DNA from: Guillardia theta CCMP2712
Taxonomy: Eukaryota > Protista > Cryptophyta
Length of the DNA: 64,000 nt
NCBI RefSeq assembly: GCF_000315625.1
Contig: NW_005434608.1
Coordinates: 395,483 to 459,482, forward strand
Reading direction: 5' to 3'
Shown: one piece after another, positions 54,034 through 64,000 of the stretch
How the letters are laid out: the number at the start of each line of letters is the position of its first letter
Numbering within the stretch: the stretch's first letter is position 1
The notes under the pieces: model-generated
Seen by the model: only the letters and a program-made list of their open reading frames with translations
Databases searched by the model: none
What the model was told of the DNA's origin: nothing
Translations under genes and position numbers: made by a program

Positions 54034-57000
54034 ATGTGCTCCTCTCCCTCTCTGATCTCAGCTCGCGCTGCAGTTTCAGCCCAATAGACAGCAAAGTCAC
54101 GTAGCGAACGCTGGTCACAGGAGCGCGCTGTTGCGGGCGAGGTCGCAGAGGGCACCATGGGGTGTGGAGTATCACGACCTGTCCTATCTGAGGATGATGT
54201 AAAGCTTGTCAGTCCATGTGCACTTGTGAAACTAAAACATTCTCGTATCAGGAGGGCTGGAGAACCGAACAATCTTTCAGCAGAAAGAATGGAGAAGACA
54301 GCGCCTCCAGCAGTGATCTCGATGTGAGGACAAGTTCTTTGCGAAGACAACTCATGACTACTTGCACAGCTCAAGCGCAGAAGAAGCACGCCCGTCAAAA
54401 AGATGATCACTCAAAATTTGAAGAAGAGAATGAGCATATTCAGTAGGAAGGACGACGACGATGAAGATGAGTGGTACCAAAGGTCAATGGCGTCTGTCGC
54501 GATGGCACAATCTGATCCTGTTCATGCAGAGCGATGGAAAATCGCAGTCGTGCAAATGACTCGATTTTTGTTCCACTCCTGAAAGAAAATGCTAGGTCTC
54601 TTGTTAACTTCACACTGGTTGCTGGAAACCATCCAGCACTCTTGAAGCTTCCAAGGGCCCTCGAGAACGTCGTCAAACCAAGGCTTGAGATAAGACAGGT
54701 GAATGTTTGCTTGTCTGCCCACCGCTCGATGATATTTGCGAAGTTCAAGTCGCACACGATGGACAACATCAAAGTTCGGCGAATGTGTGATGAACTGTTG
54801 TCACTGGAAGATCCCAACTACAAGATGTCAGACTCAAACATAAACAAAAAATTTGATGACACAACATGGTTGAAGACTCTTTCAATAAGTATTCGCTGTA
54901 CTAGACTCGTGAAAGTCACTGAATCTGTCAACAGCGCGAGGAAATCATGTACATGGAATTCGACTGTCGTGTAACCCAGAAATTTCAATTGGAGGATATT
55001 TCATTATCTCTCAAATGTTGAGCTACATTCAAAGCCTGTTATTTCTTGATGTATCACAGAACAATCTGACAGCAGCTGAAGCAAGGTGATGGATGTGACC
55101 TTCTTGTCGGCTGACCGCTGACAATCACTGCAGAGTCTTGTCGCTTGGGTTGCGACTCAACTGTTCCGTTCAAGAGCTACGAATGAAAGACAACAGGATT
55201 GGAGCCTCGGGTGCAACGAGTCTATCAGAGACTCTGAGAGTCAACAAGACTTTGCTCGTTGTAAGTTTCAATCGTCTGATTTGAATGTAAGGATGGCCTT
55301 GACTCGATTTTACAATGCAGCTTGATCTTCGGGGAAACAACATAAGAGGGCCAGGAATATGCATGTTAGCGGATTCAATGCAAGACAATATGACGCTCAC
55401 GGATATGGATCTGCGATGGAACTACACCGGAGAATCGTCAGATTATGTAGAAGCGGCTATCATCGATTTGAACAAATTCTGCGAACGAAATCTGAAATCG
55501 GTCGAAGTAATTTTTGAGAGAGTGTGTGACATTGACTGTCATGCGTTTCATAGGCTATTGAAGTTGATCTTCTCGATGAGACAACTTCGAAACAACCAGG
55601 TAAGAGGAGATGTTTTCGGAGCTGCTCAGTATTGATCTTCACGACAGAAACACAAAATTCGATCAATGCCAGTGAGAATGGAGAAGAGAATGGTAATCAT
55701 TCCAACTCGGCGAATGGGGAAAACGGCACGGACGATGTCAAGGAGACAGGAACAAAGATCATCGGCGAGAGGAGGATGATGCGGGAAATAGACGCGACAT
55801 TTCGAACGGCTTCTGTATCATCCCTGGGGCTGCCCAAGATGGAGGATGGACCAGCCGCGCGGATTGTCGTGGAAGTTTTCAGAGCCAAGAACCTCCCGCC
55901 AGTCATGTGGAGCACGGGGAAAGATGATGAGATACCTGGGATGCCGCACGCGTATTGCATGTGCTCGCTGAACAAAGAGCAGCACCCTTCAGAGATCAGC
56001 AGGAAGGACTACAACCCCTGCTGGAATTTCAGCTGCTCCTTCAACGTCTACAACATGTGGAACGTGCTGGTGGTGAAAGTCGCGCATACCCCATCATCTG
56101 TGAAGCGACATCGCGACGACTATGTCATCGGCACTGTCAACATTCCCATCGGCTGGGTTGTGAATTGGCGAGGAGTTACCAGAGGGCTGGATGGCCTCTA
56201 TCGCGCCTTCTATCGTTCTGTCGGCGCAAGCACAGGCACAGTCTACCAGAGTTGTTCATGTCTTGATAGCAATGGGGTGGAAACATCTTTCTTTCAGACC
56301 CCAGAGGCTGCGGCTCACGCCTATGACGAAGTTGCATTTAAGAAAGACGGCGAGCGAGCACAGCAAAACTTTTCTAGTGACAGCAGCGTGATTGGGCTGC
56401 ATGTAAAAGAAGAATCATTCCATCTGGTTGGCGATGATGGAGTTGAAGTCGTTGGAGTTCAGGCGGGAGTTATCAGCACTATTAGAGTCAGGCTGAAAAT
56501 GTTCTTCACTGGTGTCAACTACATGGAAATCGTTCTTGACAGGTCAAAGCTTGTCTGCCCTTTGCTTTCACAGCCTTGCTGACATTTGTCCGCAGAGCTT
56601 TTAAGCTGCCTAAGATGGACACAGGACTAGGTTCCTGCGACGCCTACTGCGTGATCATGTTCGGCGACTACAAGTTTCGAAGCAAGGTAGTGAAGAACTC
56701 TCTGGACCCAGTGTTCCGACAAAGCTTCCGGGTCGAGATACCTGCCAACTTCGACAGCGGGGAATGTCGCGTGCAGGTGTGGGACTGGGATCGGTTTGAC
56801 GAAGACGACCACATGGGGAATGCGATTGTACAAATAAGCAGAGGGAAGCTCGGAACGACTGAGCTAGACGGAGAGCATGACATCTACTTCCCTGACACGA
56901 TGGAGACAGTGAGAAACAGCAAAGGGGAGAACTCAAAGATCCGTTTGAAATTCTTGTACTATCCAGCTGGAAGCAGCGAGGACAAAGACAGCGACTCTCT

Positions 57001-57049
57001 CTGTAGCAGCAGCACAGGATCATTGGCGAACAAGCTTGATCCTGTGTAA
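54034..57049 (+). CDS. RNI-like LRR + C2 (with inserted AP2/ERF domain) + C2 protein, multi-exon; start codon uncertain
   Basis: LRR: LDVSQNNL, LRMKDNRIGASGA..LRVNKTL, LDLRGNNIRGPG, MDLRWNY. C2a: VEVFRAKNLP..PHAYC..YNPCWNFSCSF. C2b: AFKLPKMDTGLGSCDAYC..KNSLDPVF..VWDWDRFDEDDHMG. Confidence 0.8.
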
Positions 57050-57124
57050 TGAGTAATCAGTTTTGTTCCGACATGTCTTTTATTTTTTGAATGAAACTTT
57101 ACTAAATTACACGGCATCTCACCC

Positions 57125-60100
57125 TCAACCATCGAGTACGGTGATCTTGGGCAGTGAGCTTGCGAGCTTCTGCGACAGCAGTGCGTGACCGCCCCGGACA
57201 AGTCGAACCGTCTCAAGGTCCGTCTCCTCCCTCAGGGCCTCCTCGTACCAGGACTGGATGGCGAGCGAGCGGTCTGCAAACAGATGCGTGAAGAGCTCGT
57301 CGGGTATCGTCATGAGCATGCGCGCGAGAGCGAAGAAGACGCAGCGGCGGATGTAGGCCTGCAGGTTTCTCAGCTCCCAGGAGGGTCAAGGAGCTCTCAG
57401 ATCCTACCTCGCGATGCTGCCGCAAGCTGGGGTGACTGGTCAGGTCCAGGAGACCCGACGCGAGCATCGGGGTAGCGGGTGAGTTGCCGCAGCACTCGAT
57501 GAAGACGCCGAGGCTGGAGATCATCCGCCCGAGGATGTACATGTCGACGTGGAGGAGACGCTGAGAGGTCTGCTCGTTCCAACCCGACAGCATGCCGAAG
57601 AAGAAAGCCTTGGCGTGCTTGCCGAACTGATTCTCCTGCGGCCTCGGGCGTTTGATCTTTGACTTGTTGCTCCACCGACGAGTCTTGCCGAGGCTCGGCA
57701 GCGTGTCGCCCTCCTCCTCCATCTGCGGGGGCTCGGGCATCTTGTGCAAGGACGAGAGTTGAAACGCTGCGTCCACCAGCACGTCGATGGCGTCAACGCG
57801 AGTGGCGACAGAATCGTTGGAGCTCCACACACACTGAGAGACCCTAGTCAGGAGCCGACCAGCTCCTCGTCCTCCCTCTCCTCCTTCTCCTTCTCCTCCT
57901 TCTCCCTCTCCTCCTCCTCCTCCTCCTCCTCCTGCCCACCTTGATGAAAACTTGAGCCACGTGGGCTGGGTCAGCAACTGAGAGCGCGAGGAGTCCGCGG
58001 CGTTTCCTCCCTGCAAAGTCATGCATCACGAAGCTGTCCTGCAGCCTGAGCAGAGCTCCTGTCGAATCACATGTCAGTGCAGCTGAGGGAGGGAGCTGGA
58101 ATGATGAAGGGGAACAGCTGGGAGGAGGGGAACATTACTTGCGATCTCTGCGTAGTCTTCTCCTTCCAACATGTGCGAGGACTCAACAAGCTCTGGCAGA
58201 GCGAACATGGCAGCTTCAATCTGCAGGGTCAATGTCAGAAAGGCTCCTTCTCCCCCCCCCCTTTCCTCCTGCTCCTGCTCTTGCTCCTGCTCCTGCTCCT
58301 GCTCCTTGCCCATCTTCCTCCCCTATCCTACTTCTTACAAACCTCGTCTGGGTTCTGACTGGTCAGCCCTCGCAAGCACTGCCGCAGGTTCGTAGGCAGG
58401 GAGACTCTTCCTTCCCCATACCGCAAGGGCACCAGGTCTGACTCGACGTCTCTCTCCTCCACTGCTGCCTGCCGGGCGAAGCAGTTCTCAAGCTCGCTCT
58501 CCTCCACCTGGTAGGGAACGAGACCATCGTCGCTGTCGCTGTCGCCGTCGTCGATGAGGTGACTTGCACGTGCTGCTGGTCCTCCAGCCTCCTCCTCGTC
58601 CGTGCACGAGTCACTGCCTCCCTCCTCCTCGCTCTCGCTCTCGCTAGCGCTCGACAAGATGATCCGATCCGGGTCCTGACATGCCTGCCACTTCCTGCGG
58701 CCACTTGTCTGCTGCCGTCTCCTCTTCGGTCTCGTCTTCTTCTTCTTCTCCTTGTCCTCCTCCACTGTAACCTCCCCGTCATTCGGCTGCCCCTGAGAAA
58801 TACTCCCATTCCTCCCCTTTCTTTCGTCCTGGTGTGGCTCGGAAGCATCCTGAGCATGCGGCAGGGACGATGCCTCGTCCTCCTCGAACTTGATGGGGTT
58901 GTCTGGGTTCCAGATGATGGAGAACTGCTCGGCGAGTTGCATTCCGTGCCGGCGCATCCAGTCCACGTGCCCTGCAAGCCGCAGCTGATGACCGATGTCA
59001 GCCAACATGAGCGACCACAAGGTTGTCAGCTGGGAAGAGAAGGAGGGGGACTTATATCCGATGTGATGGCAGAGGAAGCAGAGGCATCGGCTGAAGGATC
59101 AGAAGCAGGAGAACCGAGAGGAGAAACGCAAGGCGGAGGGAGGATCAAGAGGGAAACAGGGGGNNNNNNNNNNNNNNNNNNNNNNNNNNNNNNNNNNNNN
59201 NNNNNNNNNNNNNNNNNNNNNNNNNNNNNNNNNNNNNNNNNNNNNNNNNNNNNNNNNNNNNNNAGGGGAAGGGACAGGGGCAGCGGCAGGGGCAGGGGAA
59301 GGGGAAGGGGCAGGGGCAGGGGCAGGGGCAGGGGCAGGGGCAGGGGCAGGGGCAGGGGCAGGGGAAGGGGCAGGGGCGGAAGTTTCTAAGATGCTGGACC
59401 TGGATAGCTTCCAAGACAAACGTGACAACCTGAGCCTCCTCGATGGCTGCTCGGCCTCCCATCGCATGCTGGAGTTGGAGGGTCAGGACAAGAAGCGGCA
59501 AGAAGGAGGTCATCACCAAACATCGGACGAGCAACCAGAAGACCCGAGACTGGTGCTCCTCGTCCCTCGTCTTAGTGTAGCTCTCGCTGGCAAACAGCTC
59601 TGACAGAGATCTCGTGACCGCATACAAGTTGCTTCGCTTCCCTTCGTACCGACTCATCTGTGAATGTGATGTGATCAGTACAAACCCCAGCACTCCCCTC
59701 CCCCTTCCCCTCCCTCTACTCCTCTTTCTCTGCCTGTCTGCCTGTTGGTCTCCTTCCTGCCCTCCACTTTCTCTCTCTCTCCTCCCACCCACTCGCTCCT
59801 GACTCTCACTCTCTCGCTTACCTCAAGATAGTCTGTGCTCAAGACCATGAGCAAGATTCGTTCTTTACAACCTCTCTGCAGCGAGACTCGATTGATCATG
59901 AGCTCTCGGAACAGCAGGTCTCGCACTCGCTCGTCCTCGAAGCACATCGGAGCCACCAGGTCAACAACGAGTGAGTTCACCCTGCCCTCTCCGAGCGTCG
60001 GCCTTTCTCCGACCAGGTCGCTGGGAGCGGAAGAGATGAGGTGGTGCAGGAAGGTGTCGAGGTGACGAGATTTGAGGTTGCCCAGGATGTTTCGAGCGAT

Positions 60101-61251
60101 GATGATCGACCTCCGCTTGTTGTACTTGCTCAACGTCTCCTCTACCATCCGCTTCTTTGCCGTCACTTCATCAACAATAGAGGATGAAACCTTGCTCCCT
60201 TCCTCCGGCCCCTTGTCCTCCTCCGCCACCACCAGGTGCCTCAACAGCCAAGTCGCCGATAGCTGAGACTGTCCGGTGATCGCCATCTTCCCGAAGAGAG
60301 AACCGGCGAAAGCAAGGCAAGGCTTCAAGGCTACGAGCGAGTCCTCGTCCTCTTCGCCGACTTGAATTGGGGTTTCTTCGAGGAAACGGAGACAGGCTGT
60401 TAGGAGGAAAGGAAAGTATTCCTTGGGGTGGAAGAACTTGGGGACCTTTCCGTCGAGTTTATTGCCGATGCGATCCGGCAGAGACACTAGCACCTGAGCA
60501 TCGTCAAGGCGTGAGGCACAGACGTCACAGGGTCACCTGCTCAGCATCCTCCTCGTTCTCCCCGGCAGCACTCTGGTCCATCAAGTCTCGCATGAAGTTT
60601 GTGATCCCCCCCGAGGAGAACCATGTTTGAATGAGGTTGCAGTGGTAGCTTCCTCGTATTTGTCAGATCTCCTCAGCTCGTTCTTGTCTCAACTCACTTG
60701 ATAGTAAACGAGTTCCCACTCTGCTTCAGCGCGTTGTTGAGGCCCAGAAGGGAGGGACCGGCACCCTCGATGAACCTGCAGCAGCGGGTGACCAGACAAG
60801 CTCGTTACTGCACCAAGGATATCATCACTTGCTGATGAAGAATACATCGTAACACTTGCTCCGCTCCTCCTCGCTCAGCAGTGAGAGGTAGTTCTCTCCG
60901 ATCTACAAGGCGATCATCCCCCAGAGGGTTGGGACAAGGCAAACCTTGCTAGAGAGCTTGACGATGAAGGGGATGTAGCGTCTGAGACAGAAGAACTCTC
61001 TCCTGCGTTCCTCGTCCTCTGCTCGATCCATCAGGCAAGGAAGCAAGATGACAACTCTCACTGTCTGACACCAGCCCAGCCAACTTGCTGAGACTCTCCA
61101 GCTCCTGTACCAGGGTCGAGAGGGAGGAGGAGGCGGAGGAAGCCGGTACTAACAAGGAGGGAGAAGGAGATGATGACGACGAAAAGGAGGAGGAGACAGA
61201 AGCATGGCGAACGATGCGGTCGATTGCCGACGCATGTATCGCTGCCGCCAT
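57125..61251 (-). CDS. TELO2: Telomere length regulation protein TEL2 (TTT complex), multi-exon, spanning an assembly gap
   Basis: LVSLPDRIGNKL; DSDSDDGLVPY..P..LRQCLRGL; GKTRRW; NQFGKHAKAFFFGML; LGRMISSLGVFIEC; H..AYIRRCVFFAL. Confidence 0.85.
59164..59263. other. Assembly gap (100 N), followed by intronic (GGGGCA)n
   Basis: Run of N; hexamer repeat at 59275-59378. Confidence 1.
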
Positions 61252-61431
61252 TGCGACTGCTGAGAAAAGGCAGCAAAAAATCCCTAAGGCACCAATTAGA
61301 CTGAGACTAGGGCAGAAATTTTGCTCGCTCAGCAAGGTAGGCCTTTTGGTGGTCATAGACAAGGGGGGTGGGTGGGACGGTACAATTAGTTAGTAGGGGT
61401 GGAGGGAAATTAGTATGAAAAGGAGGGGTCT

Positions 61432-61531
61432 NNNNNNNNNNNNNNNNNNNNNNNNNNNNNNNNNNNNNNNNNNNNNNNNNNNNNNNNNNNNNNNNNNNNN
61501 NNNNNNNNNNNNNNNNNNNNNNNNNNNNNNN
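61432..61531. other. Assembly gap (100 N)
   Basis: Run of N. Confidence 1.
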
Positions 61532-61908
61532 TGGATTTCGGCGATGGAAATCTCCTAGGCGGAGAGTGGAGAGAAGATGAGAGGAGAGGAGAGGAGTGGA
61601 GTGGAGTGGAGAGGAGAGGAGAGGAGGAGATGTGCGGTGAGGTGAGGTGAGGAGGCGAGTAGAGAACGGAGGGGAAACGAAGAAGGGGAAGGAGGAGGAC
61701 ACAGGGAAAACCTAAACCAGAGAAAATAGGGAACACGGAAAATATGGATAAGAGAAAGGCAAGCAAAAAATCAAGAAGGGAAAGGAAGATTGTGAGGGGG
61801 CAATGGACCGCAAGTCAGTCATAGGAGTTGAGGTGTATAACAGTGATTAGATCATGCCATAGCTGGTTACGGTTTGACGCATGGACCCTCACTGATGTTC
61901 CCTCGCAG

Positions 61909-62745
61909 ATGTCATCCATCAAGGAGATTGAAGAGGACATCCAGGAGCTCAAGACTCTGTTGAGGTCCTCCAAGCGTCCAAGAATCTCCAACATGTTGCA
62001 AACGCACCTGAAGAGCATGGAGGAGCTCGCGTCGGCCTGGAATCAACAGGCTGCCAGTATGAAGACCGCGCACGAGCAAGAAATCAAACATCTCAAGGAT
62101 CAGCAGCAAGCTCAGGCCAAGTCGCAGCCTCTCACCCCAGCTGTCAGCCAGCAGACCAACGGCTTGTCGACAACGACAGACTCCAACAGCGCTGAGCATC
62201 CGGCGGCTCCTGCAAAGGCCTCGGGCCCTCCACCCCAGAAGCTCCCTAACGCTCCCACGTCGAGTGGCGTGACGACGGCGTACAAGGACTTTGAGAGCCT
62301 CATGTTCCTGACTGACGAGTACAACTCACCCACCGTAACTGTCTACCTGGAGCTGAAGAACGTGGGGGAATTCAAGGACAAGGTCCAGTGCGAGTTCTTC
62401 GTGGATCGGGTGGACGTGAAGGTGTTAGATATCAACGGTGTGAACTACAGGCGGCACATCACCAACTTGTACAAGGACATCGTGCCTGACGAGAGCTCGT
62501 TCAAGGTGAAGAAGAACAGGATCGAGCTGACGCTGAAGAAGGTGAAGGGAGAGTACTCCTACGAGACGTGGAACGAGCTGTGCAGCAAGAAGCGACGCGA
62601 CCGGGAGAAGCAGCGAGATCCGATGAACAGCATCATGGAGCTGATGCAGGACATGTACGAGGAGGGCGATGACAACACGAGGAAGATGATCGGTGAGGCG
62701 ATGATGAAATCAAGACAGGGGAAGAACAACGGGATGGACATGTAG
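61909..62745 (+). CDS. CACYBP: Calcyclin-binding protein / Siah-interacting protein (N-terminal helical hairpin, CS domain, SGS domain)
   Basis: IEEDIQELKTLLRSSKRPRI; VTVYLEL..LYKDIVPDESSFKVKKNRIELTLKK (CS); DPMNSIMELMQDMYEEGDDNTRKMIGEAM (SGS). The ATG follows a CAG acceptor. Confidence 0.9.
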   Translation: MSSIKEIEEDIQELKTLLRSSKRPRISNMLQTHLKSMEELASAWNQQAASMKTAHEQEIKHLKDQQQAQAKSQPLTPAVSQQTNGLSTTTDSNSAEHPAAPAKASGPPPQKLPNAPTSSGVTTAYKDFESLMFLTDEYNSPTVTVYLELKNVGEFKDKVQCEFFVDRVDVKVLDINGVNYRRHITNLYKDIVPDESSFKVKKNRIELTLKKVKGEYSYETWNELCSKKRRDREKQRDPMNSIMELMQDMYEEGDDNTRKMIGEAMMKSRQGKNNGMDM

Positions 62746-62822
62746 AGATCTTCTCCCACAAGCAAACATCCGCCACATGCTGTCAATGAAGGAATCAAAG
62801 ATAACCTTCGCTCTGACATCCC

Positions 62823-63942
62823 TCAGATCTGCGTGTTGCCTGTGCGATCTTTGTAGTGTTGCGAGACGCATGCGAGGGCATGGAGCAGGTCCATGTTCCG
62901 CAGGTGATGCTTCTGCAGCTGCTTGATCGCATCCTCCTGGTCTTCATGTCAAGAGCTCCCAAACGAGAAGCGTCAGGTCACCTGTGCCACTAGCGAGCTC
63001 CTCTTCAGGGTCTCATTCTCCTGCACGACCACCTGCATGTCCATCCTCTCAGCTCGGAGCTGCCGCTCAAGCGTGCCTGACAGCTCCTCCTGCTCCTCAA
63101 GCTTTCGCTTCAGCATTTCCATGTCCTTTGTAGTTCTTGCCAGCATGTCGTCTCTGCTGCGGACCGCATCTGCCGCAGTCTTGCTGGCTCTACGGAGGTT
63201 CTCTTGAAGCTCTGAGTTCGCTTGCCGCAGAGATTCAACCTCCTCCCTTGTCGTGCTCGTCGCTTGCTGGTACCACTGCCCGCCCATCCCTTGCTCCTGC
63301 TCCAACATCTGCATGTCCTTCCCGCTGCTCTCATAGTCCACCGGGTTGCTGTAGGACGAGAGCTCTTGGAGCACGCTCCTCAGGGGATGAGCGTCCTCTG
63401 CAAGCGCAGGGCCGAACCAGTCGCGAGCAGAATCCTTGGAGAGCATCCCGCCGTCCCACGAGGACCTGTCTGTCTCCGGGGGCACCATGGAGCGAGCGCT
63501 TGCTATCCCATTGCCCTCCAGCCGGTGGCTCCAGTCCACCTGCGAGTGGGAGGAGGTCGTCCTGCCGTTCTCGAGCTTGTGGCCATCGTGGAAGCCGACT
63601 GAACGAGTCTTGCGGTACTGCTCGCAATCGCGGCAGCTGACGTCAGCCTGGGGCTCGAGGTAGCCGGGAGGGATGTGGCCGATCGTTTTATGTGCTGTCG
63701 TGAGGTGCCTGCTGCCGAGTCGCAGCTGGTCTGGGTTGTCGTTCTTGACGATGAAGTGAGCCGTCAGCTTGTTGATGGTCTCGGCGTGTGCGTCGCGTTC
63801 TTGCAAGCACATGAGGTACTTCCTCTGATGCTCCTCGTGGCGAGACTGCAGCTGCTCGCTCCTGCTCTTGAGCTCCGAGTTCTCCTTTTTGAGTCGGAGG
63901 AGACCTTTCTGCAGGTCTCCATCATACAGCTGCACTGCCGTC
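62823..63942 (-). CDS. 3' part of a coiled-coil hypothetical protein; 5' end lies outside the window
   Basis: 320-aa heptad-rich exon plus a short last exon EDAIKQLQKHHLRNMDLL..TQI*. Confidence 0.7.
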
Positions 63943-64000
63943 TAAACCAAACCTTGAACACACCCTCTCTTCCTTCTCCCTTTCTTTTCTTCGTTTTTTT

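Overview
Eukaryotic nuclear DNA. Genes have short (about 45-60 nt) GT-AG introns with CTGAC/CTAAC branch sites, and two carry bipartite complex-plastid targeting peptides. Together with a PAS-GAF-PHY-PAS-PAS-HK phytochrome-like gene, this points to a secondary-plastid alga, most likely a cryptophyte of the Guillardia type (inference). In order, the window holds: a partial gene; a 3'-truncated Ty1/copia-type RT element with no recognisable protease or integrase core; a phytochrome-like histidine kinase missing its chromophore residues and PHY tongue; an unexplained 2.3 kb block; DnaJ; a thylakoid FKBP; an EF-hand/WD40 protein; a head-to-head pair of giant genes; VPS13; an M41-like pseudoprotease; an EF-hand protein; an LRR-C2(AP2 insert)-C2 protein; TELO2; CACYBP; and a partial coiled-coil gene. 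The most interesting element is the head-to-head pair, whose predicted ATGs are 114 nt apart. One gene encodes an SH3-like/DOC/RanBP2-ZnF/EF/ankyrin/3x CbbX-type AAA+ protein with a C-terminal Cys/His motif. The other encodes a predicted lipid-anchored protein with one TIR nested inside another TIR, followed by a non-RD IRAK/Pelle-like kinase, a ubiquitin-like domain and about 9-10 helical repeats. I propose this pair as a candidate algal innate-immune module. All domain calls are motif recognition by eye, and exon boundaries are approximate.
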